NCBI GenBank assembly: GCA_035502455.1
Contig: DATJUI010000011.1
Coordinates: forward strand, 15,951 to 79,950
Direction: 5' to 3'
DNA: 64,000 bases
Origin: Thermoplasmata archaeon
GTDB taxonomy: Archaea > Thermoplasmatota > Thermoplasmata > Lutacidiplasmatales > UBA184
Positions 36,292 through 44,495 of this stretch are shown here, piece after piece. Each line of letters begins with the position of its first letter. Position 1 is the first letter of the stretch. Both the position numbers and the translations under genes were made by a program. The notes under the pieces were generated by a model. The model saw only the letters and a list, made by a program, of their open reading frames with translations, was not told the origin of the DNA and ran no database searches.

Positions 36292-39282
36292 TCAGGGAGG
36301 CGGCGGGGGAGGGGGTGGGGGCGGCGGAGGCGGAGGGGGCGGAGGCGGCGGCGGGGGCGCGGCCCCCGGCGAGGCCCCGCCGGACCGCTTCGGCGTGCGG
36401 ATCCACTTCATCATGACCAGGACGGCGGCGACCACGCCGATCGCCAAGATGAGGAGGGCGAGGTACAGCACGGGAAAGCTCGGCGACGATCCGCCCGCGG
36501 AGGTCGTGATCGTGACGTTCGTCGACCCCCGGACCGAAACGCCGTTGAGGGTCGCCTCGACCACGACGTGCGTGACCCCGGTCTGGGGACCGGCCGCGAA
36601 CGTCACCGCCGGTCCGGTCGCCGTGTTGAGCAGCCCGAGCGTGTTGTTCGTGCCCCACGCGTACGCGGTGCCGGTCGGACAGATCCCGTTCCCGCCCGTG
36701 CAGGTGATCTGGGCGCTCAACGAGACGCTGGCGTTCGGCTGGACCGACGGGTTCGAGGGGGAGATGACGACGGAGACCAGGACGGCGCTCGGCGTGGTGG
36801 TGACGGTGATCCCCGACCACCCGACGGCCGGCGTGCCGTCGACGGTGACGCGGACCGTGAGGTTCACGGCGCCGGCCGTCGACCCGGCGGTGAACAGCAC
36901 GGTGGGATAGTCGGTGGCGTTGAGCGTCCCGAGCGAGTTGTTGAGCGACCAGCGGTACGTCTCCCCCGTCGGGCACGCGCCCCCCGAGCACGTGACCTCG
37001 GCGGCGAAGCTGCCGGCCGAACTCTCGCCGATCGACGCGGACGGCGGCGACACCGTCACCGACGGGGAGACCGCGCCGCTGAGGTCGATCACACTGATCG
37101 TCCCCGAGACGAGGTTCGCGACGTAGACGGTGCCGCCGGTGGCGTTGAGCGCGATCCCGTACGGACCCTCGCCGACCGGAAGGTCCACGACGAAGCTGTT
37201 GGTCGTCGTGTTGACGACCGCCACGTCGTCGGCCAGGGGATCGGCCCCGTAGATCGACCGGTCGGCCGGGTCGAACACCAACTGGACGCCCGCGCCGCCC
37301 GAGATGTTCTCGACCACCGTGTCCGTCGTCGGGTCGATCTCCTGGAGGATCGGACCGAAGTCGGTGTCCCCCGAGGTGTACCCGTCGCCCGAAGCGTAGA
37401 TCTCGTGGTTCGCGGGGTCGTAAACGACCGCCTCGTTGACCCCTTCGGAGACGTTCCCGAGCACGTGCCCCGTCGTCGCGTTGATCACGGTGAGGTTCGA
37501 GCCCCCGGTGTAGGCGTACGACTCGTTGAGCGTGCTGACGTAGAGGTTGCCGTTGGCCGGGTCGACCGCGAGCGCGCTCGGGACGATGGTCGGCCCGATG
37601 TCGAACGTCTGAACGACCGTGTTCGCCGGCCCGATCCCGACGATGACCGGCGAGCCCGTGGTGACGTACATCTCCCGGTTGCCGGGATCGTACGCCCAGT
37701 CCGCGCCGAACGGTCCCAGCTCGTAGGGGAACGTGGAGATCTCCTTCACGAACGCGCCCGTGGTCCCGTTGAACACCGCGGCCCCGCTGCAGCCGGAGCC
37801 GCTCTCGTCCTCGAGGACGTCCCCGGTCGCGGGATCGTACACGACGGTCTCACCGGTGGACGGTCCCGCGCAACCGCCGCCGGCGTTGGTCGTGTCGACA
37901 CCGAGGTAGTAGTCGTTGAGGCCGACCAGGGTATCGTTGAGCGGGTCGAACTCGACCGCGTAGAGGACGCCCGTGCCGCGGGTGGGGCCGGTCCCGTGGG
38001 GCGCGGTCCACGTCGCGGACGGGTCGAAGGAGATCCCTCCGGCCACGACCCAGAGCGGGACGTTGGCGACGACCCGGTCGGTTCGCGTGGAGAGGACGCT
38101 GAGGTTCGCGGGGGCCTCGTTCGCGACGTACACATCGCCGTTCCCGCCGTCGACCGTGACGCCGAACGGACCGAGACCGACCTCGACGTTGGTGACGATC
38201 GCCGCGGTCGACGCGTTGACGACCGTGATGTTGTCGTCTCCCGGGAGCGCCGCGTTGGTGACGTACGCCCGCTCGTTGGCGGGGTCGCACGCGATCGCCA
38301 CGAGGTCGGGGAGGACCAGCGGGGAGGCGATCGTCACGTTCGTGACGAAGGCGCCGGTCGCGCCGGCGAACACCGAGACGTTGCCCGTCTCCGCGTCGGC
38401 CACGAGCACGTGCCCCGACGTCGGGTCGAAGCAGACGCTGTCCGGATCGGCCGGGAACGGCGAGGAGCCGAGGTCGTAGCTCCCGATCCGCGCGCCTGCG
38501 TCCGAGAGGATCGAGACGTTGTCGCTGCCCGCGTTCGCCACGAAGACGTTCCCGTTCGACGTATCGACGGCAAGCGCGGTCGGGCCCTGCCCGACGCTGG
38601 TGTTCCCCAGGTACGCGTCGGTCGTCGCGTCGAGGACGGTCACTTCGTTGCCGGTCCCTTCGGTGACGAACAGGTCGTGGCCGAGCGCGTCGTACGCGAT
38701 GGCGTTCGGCGTCGGCAGGAGGCCCCCGGATCCGATCTGCGCGACGTCCGTGTGCGTCGCGGGATCCCACTCGGTCACGGTGTCGCTGCCGGCATTCGCG
38801 ATGTACAGGTTCCCGTTCGCACCGTCGAGCGCGACGGCGGTGGGCTCCACGGCCGTCTGTACATCGCCCACCAGGGCGTTCGTGGCGCTGTCGATGATCG
38901 AGAGGTTGTCGGAGCCGGCGTCCGGCAGATAGAGATCGCCGGTGGCGGGGTCGTAGACCCCCGAGCCGGTCTCGGACGCGGGGTTCGCGAGGAAGTTGCC
39001 GGGCACCTGCGTATCGTTCGCGAGCACCAGCGTCTGATTGACGAAGCCGGGGCCGACCGTGGCCCCGGGCGCGGTTGCGGCCGGCGGGCCGATCGGGGAC
39101 CCCGCCCCGGTCCCCGGTGCCGCCGGGGCCGACGGCACGGCGCTCGTCGCAGCCCCGGCAACGAGCCCGAGAGCGCTCGCGACGGTCAGCACCGCCACGA
39201 CCGCGACCGAGAGCCCTCGGAGGCCGAAGCCGACCGCGCGTCCCCGTCCGACCCGGAGCCGGGTCTCCCGCTGCGCGCCCAT
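36292..39282 (-). CDS. Large secreted/anchored surface protein with YVTN/NHL-type beta-propeller repeats, Ig-like Thr-rich C-terminal modules, TM anchor and poly-proline tail
   Basis: 996 aa. N-terminal signal/TM segment. At least 12 repeats of the pattern 'P.gia.d..g.vYVaN.gs..vsVid', the YVTN family beta-propeller repeat. More than 40 N-x-S/T sequons. A C-terminal hydrophobic anchor is followed by KRSGGASPGAAP and 23 prolines. Confidence 0.7.
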   Translation of the reverse strand: MGAQRETRLRVGRGRAVGFGLRGLSVAVVAVLTVASALGLVAGAATSAVPSAPAAPGTGAGSPIGPPAATAPGATVGPGFVNQTLVLANDTQVPGNFLANPASETGSGVYDPATGDLYLPDAGSDNLSIIDSATNALVGDVQTAVEPTAVALDGANGNLYIANAGSDTVTEWDPATHTDVAQIGSGGLLPTPNAIAYDALGHDLFVTEGTGNEVTVLDATTDAYLGNTSVGQGPTALAVDTSNGNVFVANAGSDNVSILSDAGARIGSYDLGSSPFPADPDSVCFDPTSGHVLVADAETGNVSVFAGATGAFVTNVTIASPLVLPDLVAIACDPANERAYVTNAALPGDDNITVVNASTAAIVTNVEVGLGPFGVTVDGGNGDVYVANEAPANLSVLSTRTDRVVANVPLWVVAGGISFDPSATWTAPHGTGPTRGTGVLYAVEFDPLNDTLVGLNDYYLGVDTTNAGGGCAGPSTGETVVYDPATGDVLEDESGSGCSGAAVFNGTTGAFVKEISTFPYELGPFGADWAYDPGNREMYVTTGSPVIVGIGPANTVVQTFDIGPTIVPSALAVDPANGNLYVSTLNESYAYTGGSNLTVINATTGHVLGNVSEGVNEAVVYDPANHEIYASGDGYTSGDTDFGPILQEIDPTTDTVVENISGGAGVQLVFDPADRSIYGADPLADDVAVVNTTTNSFVVDLPVGEGPYGIALNATGGTVYVANLVSGTISVIDLSGAVSPSVTVSPPSASIGESSAGSFAAEVTCSGGACPTGETYRWSLNNSLGTLNATDYPTVLFTAGSTAGAVNLTVRVTVDGTPAVGWSGITVTTTPSAVLVSVVISPSNPSVQPNASVSLSAQITCTGGNGICPTGTAYAWGTNNTLGLLNTATGPAVTFAAGPQTGVTHVVVEATLNGVSVRGSTNVTITTSAGGSSPSFPVLYLALLILAIGVVAAVLVMMKWIRTPKRSGGASPGAAPPPPPPPPPPPPPPPPPPPPP
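36297..36365. repeat. (GGN)23 G-rich trinucleotide tract (encodes poly-Pro on the minus strand)
   Basis: Plus strand reads ggcggcgggggagggggtgggggcggcggaggcggagggggcggaggcggcggcgggggc. It has uninterrupted G-runs of 3-5. Confidence 0.9.
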
Positions 39283-39431
39283 CGGCGACGTGCGGAAAGG
39301 TAACGAACATAAGCCCCGCGCCCGTATTCGCCCGTATTCAGTCGACCCCCTCCGCCCCTCCGCCAAAGGAGCTCCCCACCCTCGAGGTCCCGGCCGATCC
39401 GGTCGCGCCCGGCACCGATGGCGCACCGGCC

Positions 39432-42119
39432 GTGCCCGCGTTCCGGTTGCTGGTCCATCTCCATGAGATCGCCCCCCGTGCGATCACGCAGAACGAGGCG
39501 GCCCGCACGCTGGACTGCTCGCAGCCGACCGTCTCGCGCGCGGTCGCCCAGCTGCGCCGCGCCGGACTCGCCCGTTCCCGCTCGACGTGGACCGGGAACC
39601 GCTCGGCCCGGGAGCTGTCGTGGGGCCTCACGCCCTCCGGAGAGCGCGCGGCCCGCCGGGCGTGGGCCCAGGCGCGGGAGCTGCCGACCGGCGATCCGCA
39701 GCTGCGCCTCGGCGATCTGCTCGACCTCGACGACGCCCTCTCCCTCACCGACCTGCTCGCGCGGCCCCCGGCCGACTGGCTCGCCGGGGACGAGGCGCTG
39801 CGGCGCCGCCAGGACCCCTACCGCCCGGGCGCGCCGACGGGGGCCGAGCCCTCGACGACCTTCGTCGGCCGGTGGGACGAACGCCGGGAGATCGTACGGG
39901 TCCTCGTCCGGGCGCGCGCGAGCCCCGCCGTCGGGCAGGTGCGGTTGATCCTCGGTCCGGCCGGGCAGGGCAAGAGCCGCCTCCTGCAGTTCGCCGCGAC
40001 GATCGGTGCTCGCCGGGGGTTCCACGTCGTCCGCGGGGCGGTCCTCCGGGACTCGGGCATCCCGATGTCCCCGTTCGGCGAGATGATCCCCCGACTGGAC
40101 CCGACGGAGGCCCCGGGCGCGACCCCCGAGTCGCTCGCGCTCCCGCAACGGATGCTGCGCGATCTCGAGCGGATCGAGCGCGCGGCGCGGTCGGCCCCGC
40201 TCCTCCTGATCGTGGACGACCTCGAGGCCGCCGATCCGGTCGCGCTCGGCTTCTTCCGGTTCCTCGGTCACAATCTCCCCAGCCTCGCCGCGCCGGTCGT
40301 GCTCCTGGCCGCCGCCCGCAACGACGAGCCGTCCGCCGGGGCGGCCGGGGCCGCGTACGCGGACCTCCTGCGGGCGGTCGCCCGCCCCGGGACGTCCCCC
40401 GTGCCGGTACGCGTGCTCCCTGCGCTCTCCGAGCGCGAGGCGCGCGAGGTCGCGGGCCTCGTCGGCCACGGGGCAGGGCCGTCCCTGCCCGGCCGCACCG
40501 TCGCGCGCATCGTCAGCCGCGCCCGGGGCAACCCGCTCTACCTCATCGAGGGGATGCGCGAAGCGCTGGATGCCGCTCGGCGAGCGGCCCTCGCGGGCTC
40601 CACGTCGGTCGAAACCCCGCTCCCCCCGAGCCTGCGGCGGTTGCTCGAGCTGCGGCTCGCGCAGCTACCGGCCGCGGACCGGGCGCTGCTCGAAGGGTGC
40701 GCGCTCCTCGAGGAGGAGTTCCCGGTCGAACCGCTCGAGGCCCTGCGACCGGCGCTGGGGTTCGACTCGCTCGCGACGATCGAACGGCGGCTCGGCGAGC
40801 TGGCGGACGCGTGGGCACTGCTCGAGCGGCGCGGGCCGCATCGGTTCGGGTTCGCCCATCCCCTCTTCCCCGAGGCGCTGCGCGACCGCGCGCACGATCG
40901 GCCGGCGCGCGCGAAAGCCCTCGCGGACTGGTGGCGCGACCACCGCCCCGGCGACATCGCTCGGATCGCCGGACTGTACCGGCTCGCCGGCGATCCGGCC
41001 GCGGTCCCGTGGCTACGGCGGGCGCTCGAAGGGGCGCTTCGCGAGCGCACGTACGAGGCGACGGAGGAGATCTGCCGATCGTTGCGGGAGATGGTCGACC
41101 TGGGGAACGGCGACCGAGCGAACGAGCTCGCGCTCGAGCTCGCGCTGTTGGAACGGCTCTGGCTGGCCGGCGCGCAGTCGGTCCTCGAACGGGTGGCCCG
41201 GGGGCTCCTCGACTGGGGCGCCGAGCCCCGCGAGCGCGTCCTCGCGCACTGCTACCTGCTCGTCTCCCTCGTCTATCGCGCGCCCCAGGAAGCGAGGGTA
41301 CGGCTCGACGCGCTCCCGTCCCTCCTTCGCGCGGTGCCCCGCTCGCACCTTCGGGAGGTCCGGGGGGCGGCCACGGCCGCGGCCGCCTACTGCCGCCTCG
41401 CGGTCCGCGAATGGGAGGCGGCCGCGACGTCCGCCGACGCCGCCCTTAGGGACCTCGCGGACCGACCGGGCACCCTCTGGGCGCTCAGTGCCGCCCTCAG
41501 CCGCTCGTTCGCGCTCGCCCACCTCGGCCGGTATCGAGCCGCCGTCGCCACGCTCCAAGAGACCGCGCGCCGGGTCGGCCGGGAGCGCGGCTCGCTCTTC
41601 GCCGCGCTCCTGTGGCAGCAGCGGGGGACCGTCGAGTCGCTGCTCGGCCGACCCGCGCAGGGCCGCCGCTACCGCGAACGGGCCGCCCGGGTCGCGCGCG
41701 AGGTGGCGAACCCGAACGTCCTCGCGGAGGCGCTCTCCGACCTCGTCCTCTCCCAGCTCGAGACCCGCCAGATCGACGCCGCCGAGGAGACCGTCCGAGA
41801 GCTCCAGCAGCTGGTCGAGCGGTTCGAGCTGCCGTACATGGCCCCGTGGCTCGCCTACCGGGAGGGGCAGATCCGCTGGCGGCAGGGACGGTGGCCCGAG
41901 GCGGTCGCGGCGCTGCGGCGGGCCGAGGACGGCTTCCGTCGGGCGACCGATCGGGTCAACGCCCTCCTGCCCGCCGCCTACCTGCTGTCGACCGAGCGCC
42001 GACCGCGCAAGCTCGCCCAGTTCCGCTCGATGTGGCGGGATGCCGAGCGGCTCCTCAATGCGGAGGAGGTCGCGGCGATCGACCCGCTGCGCGAGGGCGT
42101 GCCGCTCTTCACGGAGTGA
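39432..42119 (+). CDS. STAND-type transcriptional regulator (N-terminal wHTH, AAA_16 P-loop NTPase, C-terminal TPR-like repeats)
   Basis: wHTH ITQNEAARTLDCSQPTVSRAVAQLRRAGL. Walker A GPAGQGKS. Walker B LLLIVDDLE. About 450 aa of helical repeats. No in-frame ATG near the N-terminus, so the start is placed at GTG 39432 (uncertain). Confidence 0.6.
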   Translation: MPAFRLLVHLHEIAPRAITQNEAARTLDCSQPTVSRAVAQLRRAGLARSRSTWTGNRSARELSWGLTPSGERAARRAWAQARELPTGDPQLRLGDLLDLDDALSLTDLLARPPADWLAGDEALRRRQDPYRPGAPTGAEPSTTFVGRWDERREIVRVLVRARASPAVGQVRLILGPAGQGKSRLLQFAATIGARRGFHVVRGAVLRDSGIPMSPFGEMIPRLDPTEAPGATPESLALPQRMLRDLERIERAARSAPLLLIVDDLEAADPVALGFFRFLGHNLPSLAAPVVLLAAARNDEPSAGAAGAAYADLLRAVARPGTSPVPVRVLPALSEREAREVAGLVGHGAGPSLPGRTVARIVSRARGNPLYLIEGMREALDAARRAALAGSTSVETPLPPSLRRLLELRLAQLPAADRALLEGCALLEEEFPVEPLEALRPALGFDSLATIERRLGELADAWALLERRGPHRFGFAHPLFPEALRDRAHDRPARAKALADWWRDHRPGDIARIAGLYRLAGDPAAVPWLRRALEGALRERTYEATEEICRSLREMVDLGNGDRANELALELALLERLWLAGAQSVLERVARGLLDWGAEPRERVLAHCYLLVSLVYRAPQEARVRLDALPSLLRAVPRSHLREVRGAATAAAAYCRLAVREWEAAATSADAALRDLADRPGTLWALSAALSRSFALAHLGRYRAAVATLQETARRVGRERGSLFAALLWQQRGTVESLLGRPAQGRRYRERAARVAREVANPNVLAEALSDLVLSQLETRQIDAAEETVRELQQLVERFELPYMAPWLAYREGQIRWRQGRWPEAVAALRRAEDGFRRATDRVNALLPAAYLLSTERRPRKLAQFRSMWRDAERLLNAEEVAAIDPLREGVPLFTE

Positions 42120-42169
42120 TCGGCCGGCCCGGGCGGGGCCCGGGCCGGGGGAAGGGGTTCGGGGTCGGT

Positions 42170-42679
42170 CTAGGCAACGGGGACCGTGCGCTCCGTCTCG
42201 GGATGCGCCTTCGGGACCGAGATGGTGAGCGTCCCGTTCTCGAAGCGGGCCTCCACCTTCTCGCCGACGACCGGCTCGGGGAGCCGGACGGCGCGGTGGA
42301 ACCCACGGTAGATCCGCTCGCGGCGGAGGAAGTTCTTCGACGGCTCTTCCGACGCGCTCTGGGCCTCGCCCTCGAACTCGACGACGTCCCCGTGGACGCG
42401 GACCGCGATCTGGTCCTTCGCCACGCCGGGGAGGTCGGCGCGGATCTGGTAGGCGGCGCCGGTGTCCTCCACGTCCGACAGGGCCGGTCGGAACGCGGGC
42501 TCGCTCCCGGTCGACCGCAGGACGAACCGGGGAGCGATGCCCGGCCCGAAGGTCGAGAACCAGTCGTCCCGGAACTCGGAGAGGAGTCGGTCCATCTCCG
42601 CGAACGGGTCGGTCGGCGCGGCGGTCTTCGGCGCAGGGCTCGGGGTCGGTACGGCTAGTGGGTCGTTCATCGAAACCAC
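42170..42679 (-). CDS. hsp20: Small heat-shock protein, Hsp20/alpha-crystallin family
   Basis: Alpha-crystallin domain. Hsp20 signatures GVLTISVPKA-like C-terminus (NGTLTISVPKA) and AYQIRADLPGV. Confidence 0.85.
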   Translation of the reverse strand: MVSMNDPLAVPTPSPAPKTAAPTDPFAEMDRLLSEFRDDWFSTFGPGIAPRFVLRSTGSEPAFRPALSDVEDTGAAYQIRADLPGVAKDQIAVRVHGDVVEFEGEAQSASEEPSKNFLRRERIYRGFHRAVRLPEPVVGEKVEARFENGTLTISVPKAHPETERTVPVA

Positions 42680-42710
42680 CTCTGGGTGTACGAGAACAGT
42701 ATCCTATGGC

Positions 42711-42722
42711 TTCTATAAAAAG
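42711..42722. promoter_or_regulatory. TATA box ttctataaaaag in divergent hsp20/ABC intergenic region
   Basis: The only AT-rich 12-mer in the intergenic region. It lies about 35 nt from the hsp20 start (minus strand) and about 27 nt before in-frame TTG 42747 (plus strand). It shares the decamer TTTATAGAAG with the thermosome promoter. Confidence 0.45.
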
Positions 42723-42746
42723 ACAGCTAATGGCGCTCCCCGACCT

Positions 42747-43673
42747 TTGAGGGGATGCGGTCCGGCCCCGGTACGTCCGGCCGCGCGGGGAATCGGTACC
42801 GGGGGCGGAAAAGGGCGGGGGCGTCCCACCCGCCGATCGATCACGTCCCCGGTCGTCGCCGGCGCCGCAGTTCCGCCGCCCGCCCTCGATGCGAGCGGCC
42901 TTACCCGACGGTTCGGGCGCCTCACGGCCGTCGACCACGTCAGCTTCCGGGTCGCCGTCGCCGAGGTGTTTGGCGTCCTCGGCCCGAACGGCGCGGGCAA
43001 GACCACGCTGATCAAGATGCTCACGACCCTCCTCCCTCCGAGCGAGGGCTCGGCGACCGTCGCCGGCTTCGACGTCGTCCGCGAGCCCGCCCGCGTGCGC
43101 GCCGCGATCGGCTACGTGCCCCAGTTCATCTCCGCCGACCCCCAGATGACCGGGTTCGACAACCTCTGGGTGTTCGCCCGGCTGTACCAGGTTCCCCGGG
43201 CCGAGCGCCGGGCGCGGATCGCCCGAGCGCTCGCGTTCATGGGGTTGAGCGACTATGCGCACGAGCGGGTCAAGAACTACTCGGGCGGGATGATCCGCCG
43301 GCTGGAGATCGCCCAGGCGCTCATCCACCGTCCCCGGATGCTGTTCCTCGACGAGCCGACGGTCGGGCTCGACCCGGTCGCGCGCGAGTCGGTCTGGGCC
43401 CAGATCGAACGGCTGCGCGAGGAGTTCGGGACGGCGATCGTGCTCACGACGCACTACATGGAGGAGGCGGACCGTCTCTGCGATCGGATCGCGGTCCTCC
43501 ACCGGGGCCGCATCGTCGCGTCGGGGACTCCGGCCGAGCTGAAGGCCGGCGTCGGCCGGCCGGGCGCGACGCTCGAGGACGTCTTCATCCACTACGCCGG
43601 TTCGTCGATCGACACCGGCGGCAACTACCTCGACACGCAGCGGACGCGCCGGGTCGCGATCCGGCTGGAGTGA
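42747..43673 (+). CDS. ABC transporter ATP-binding protein (ABC-2/DrrA-like)
   Basis: Walker A GPNGAGKTT, signature YSGGMIRR, Walker B LFLDEPTVGLD. The conserved N-terminus ('SGLTRRFG') starts near 42890, but no in-frame canonical start exists there. An out-of-frame ATG sits at 42889. TTG 42747 is the nearest in-frame start. Confidence 0.7.
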   Translation: MRGCGPAPVRPAARGIGTGGGKGRGRPTRRSITSPVVAGAAVPPPALDASGLTRRFGRLTAVDHVSFRVAVAEVFGVLGPNGAGKTTLIKMLTTLLPPSEGSATVAGFDVVREPARVRAAIGYVPQFISADPQMTGFDNLWVFARLYQVPRAERRARIARALAFMGLSDYAHERVKNYSGGMIRRLEIAQALIHRPRMLFLDEPTVGLDPVARESVWAQIERLREEFGTAIVLTTHYMEEADRLCDRIAVLHRGRIVASGTPAELKAGVGRPGATLEDVFIHYAGSSIDTGGNYLDTQRTRRVAIRLE

Positions 43674-43674
43674 G

Positions 43675-44490
43675 ATGGCGACCCCCGCTCCGACCGGGAC
43701 GCGCGGCGTCGGGGCGACGCTCTACGCCCACGTCGACCGGACCTTCGCCGTCGTCGACTACGAGGTCCGCAAGCTCCGTCACGACCCTTCCGAGCTCCTG
43801 CTGCGGGCGGTGCAGCCGGCGCTCTGGCTCGTCGTCTTCGGCGAGGTGTTCGCGACCGTCCACGCGATCCCGACGGGGAACCTGTCGTACCTCGAGTTCC
43901 TCGCGCCCGGGATCCTCAGCCAGAGCGTGCTGTTCATCGCGATCTTCTACGGGATCGCGTCGATCCGCGAGCGGGAGCTCGGGATCGCGTACAAGTTCCT
44001 CGTGAGCCCGGCGTCGCGCATCTCCCTGGTCGCCGGAAAGGCGCTCTCGGCGAGCGTTCGCGGGCTCTCGCAGGCGGTGATCGTCTACCTGCTCGCGATC
44101 GCCCTCGCCGTCCATCCGAGCCTCGCCCCGCTCTCGGTCCTGGGGGTGCTGGTCGCGGTCGTCCTGGGATCGTGCCTGTTCGCGACGCTCTCGATGATCA
44201 TCGCGAGCCTGGTGAAGACCCAGGAACGGTTCCTCGGCATCGGCCAGCTGCTCACGATGCCGCTGTTCTTCGCGAGCAACGCGATCTACCCGATCTCGAT
44301 CATGCCGAGCTGGCTCCAGCCCGTCGCGTACGCGAACCCGCTCACCTACCTCGTCGACGCGGTCCGCACGCTGATGATCCCCGGAGAGACCGGGCTGTTC
44401 CCGCTCGGGATCGACTTCGGGGTGCTGGCCGCGGTGACGGTCGCGCTCGTCCTGATCGAGTCGCGGTTGTACCCGCGGATGGCCCAGTAG
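43675..44490 (+). CDS. ABC-2 type transporter permease
   Basis: 271 aa with six TM helices. Start lies 1 nt after the ABC ATPase stop. Confidence 0.8.
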   Translation: MATPAPTGTRGVGATLYAHVDRTFAVVDYEVRKLRHDPSELLLRAVQPALWLVVFGEVFATVHAIPTGNLSYLEFLAPGILSQSVLFIAIFYGIASIRERELGIAYKFLVSPASRISLVAGKALSASVRGLSQAVIVYLLAIALAVHPSLAPLSVLGVLVAVVLGSCLFATLSMIIASLVKTQERFLGIGQLLTMPLFFASNAIYPISIMPSWLQPVAYANPLTYLVDAVRTLMIPGETGLFPLGIDFGVLAAVTVALVLIESRLYPRMAQ

Positions 44491-44495
44491 GACCC

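Noticed and set aside
36068-36910. Plus-strand ORF encoding a poly-Gly protein (GGGGGGGGGGGGGGGGGGGGG)
   Set aside because: Antisense of the poly-Pro tail of the surface protein. It is an artefact of the GGN repeat.
39075-39431. 5' extension of the STAND-regulator ORF
   Set aside because: Overlaps the start region and promoter of the convergent surface-protein gene. No start codon is supported. The regulator's wHTH begins about 39440.
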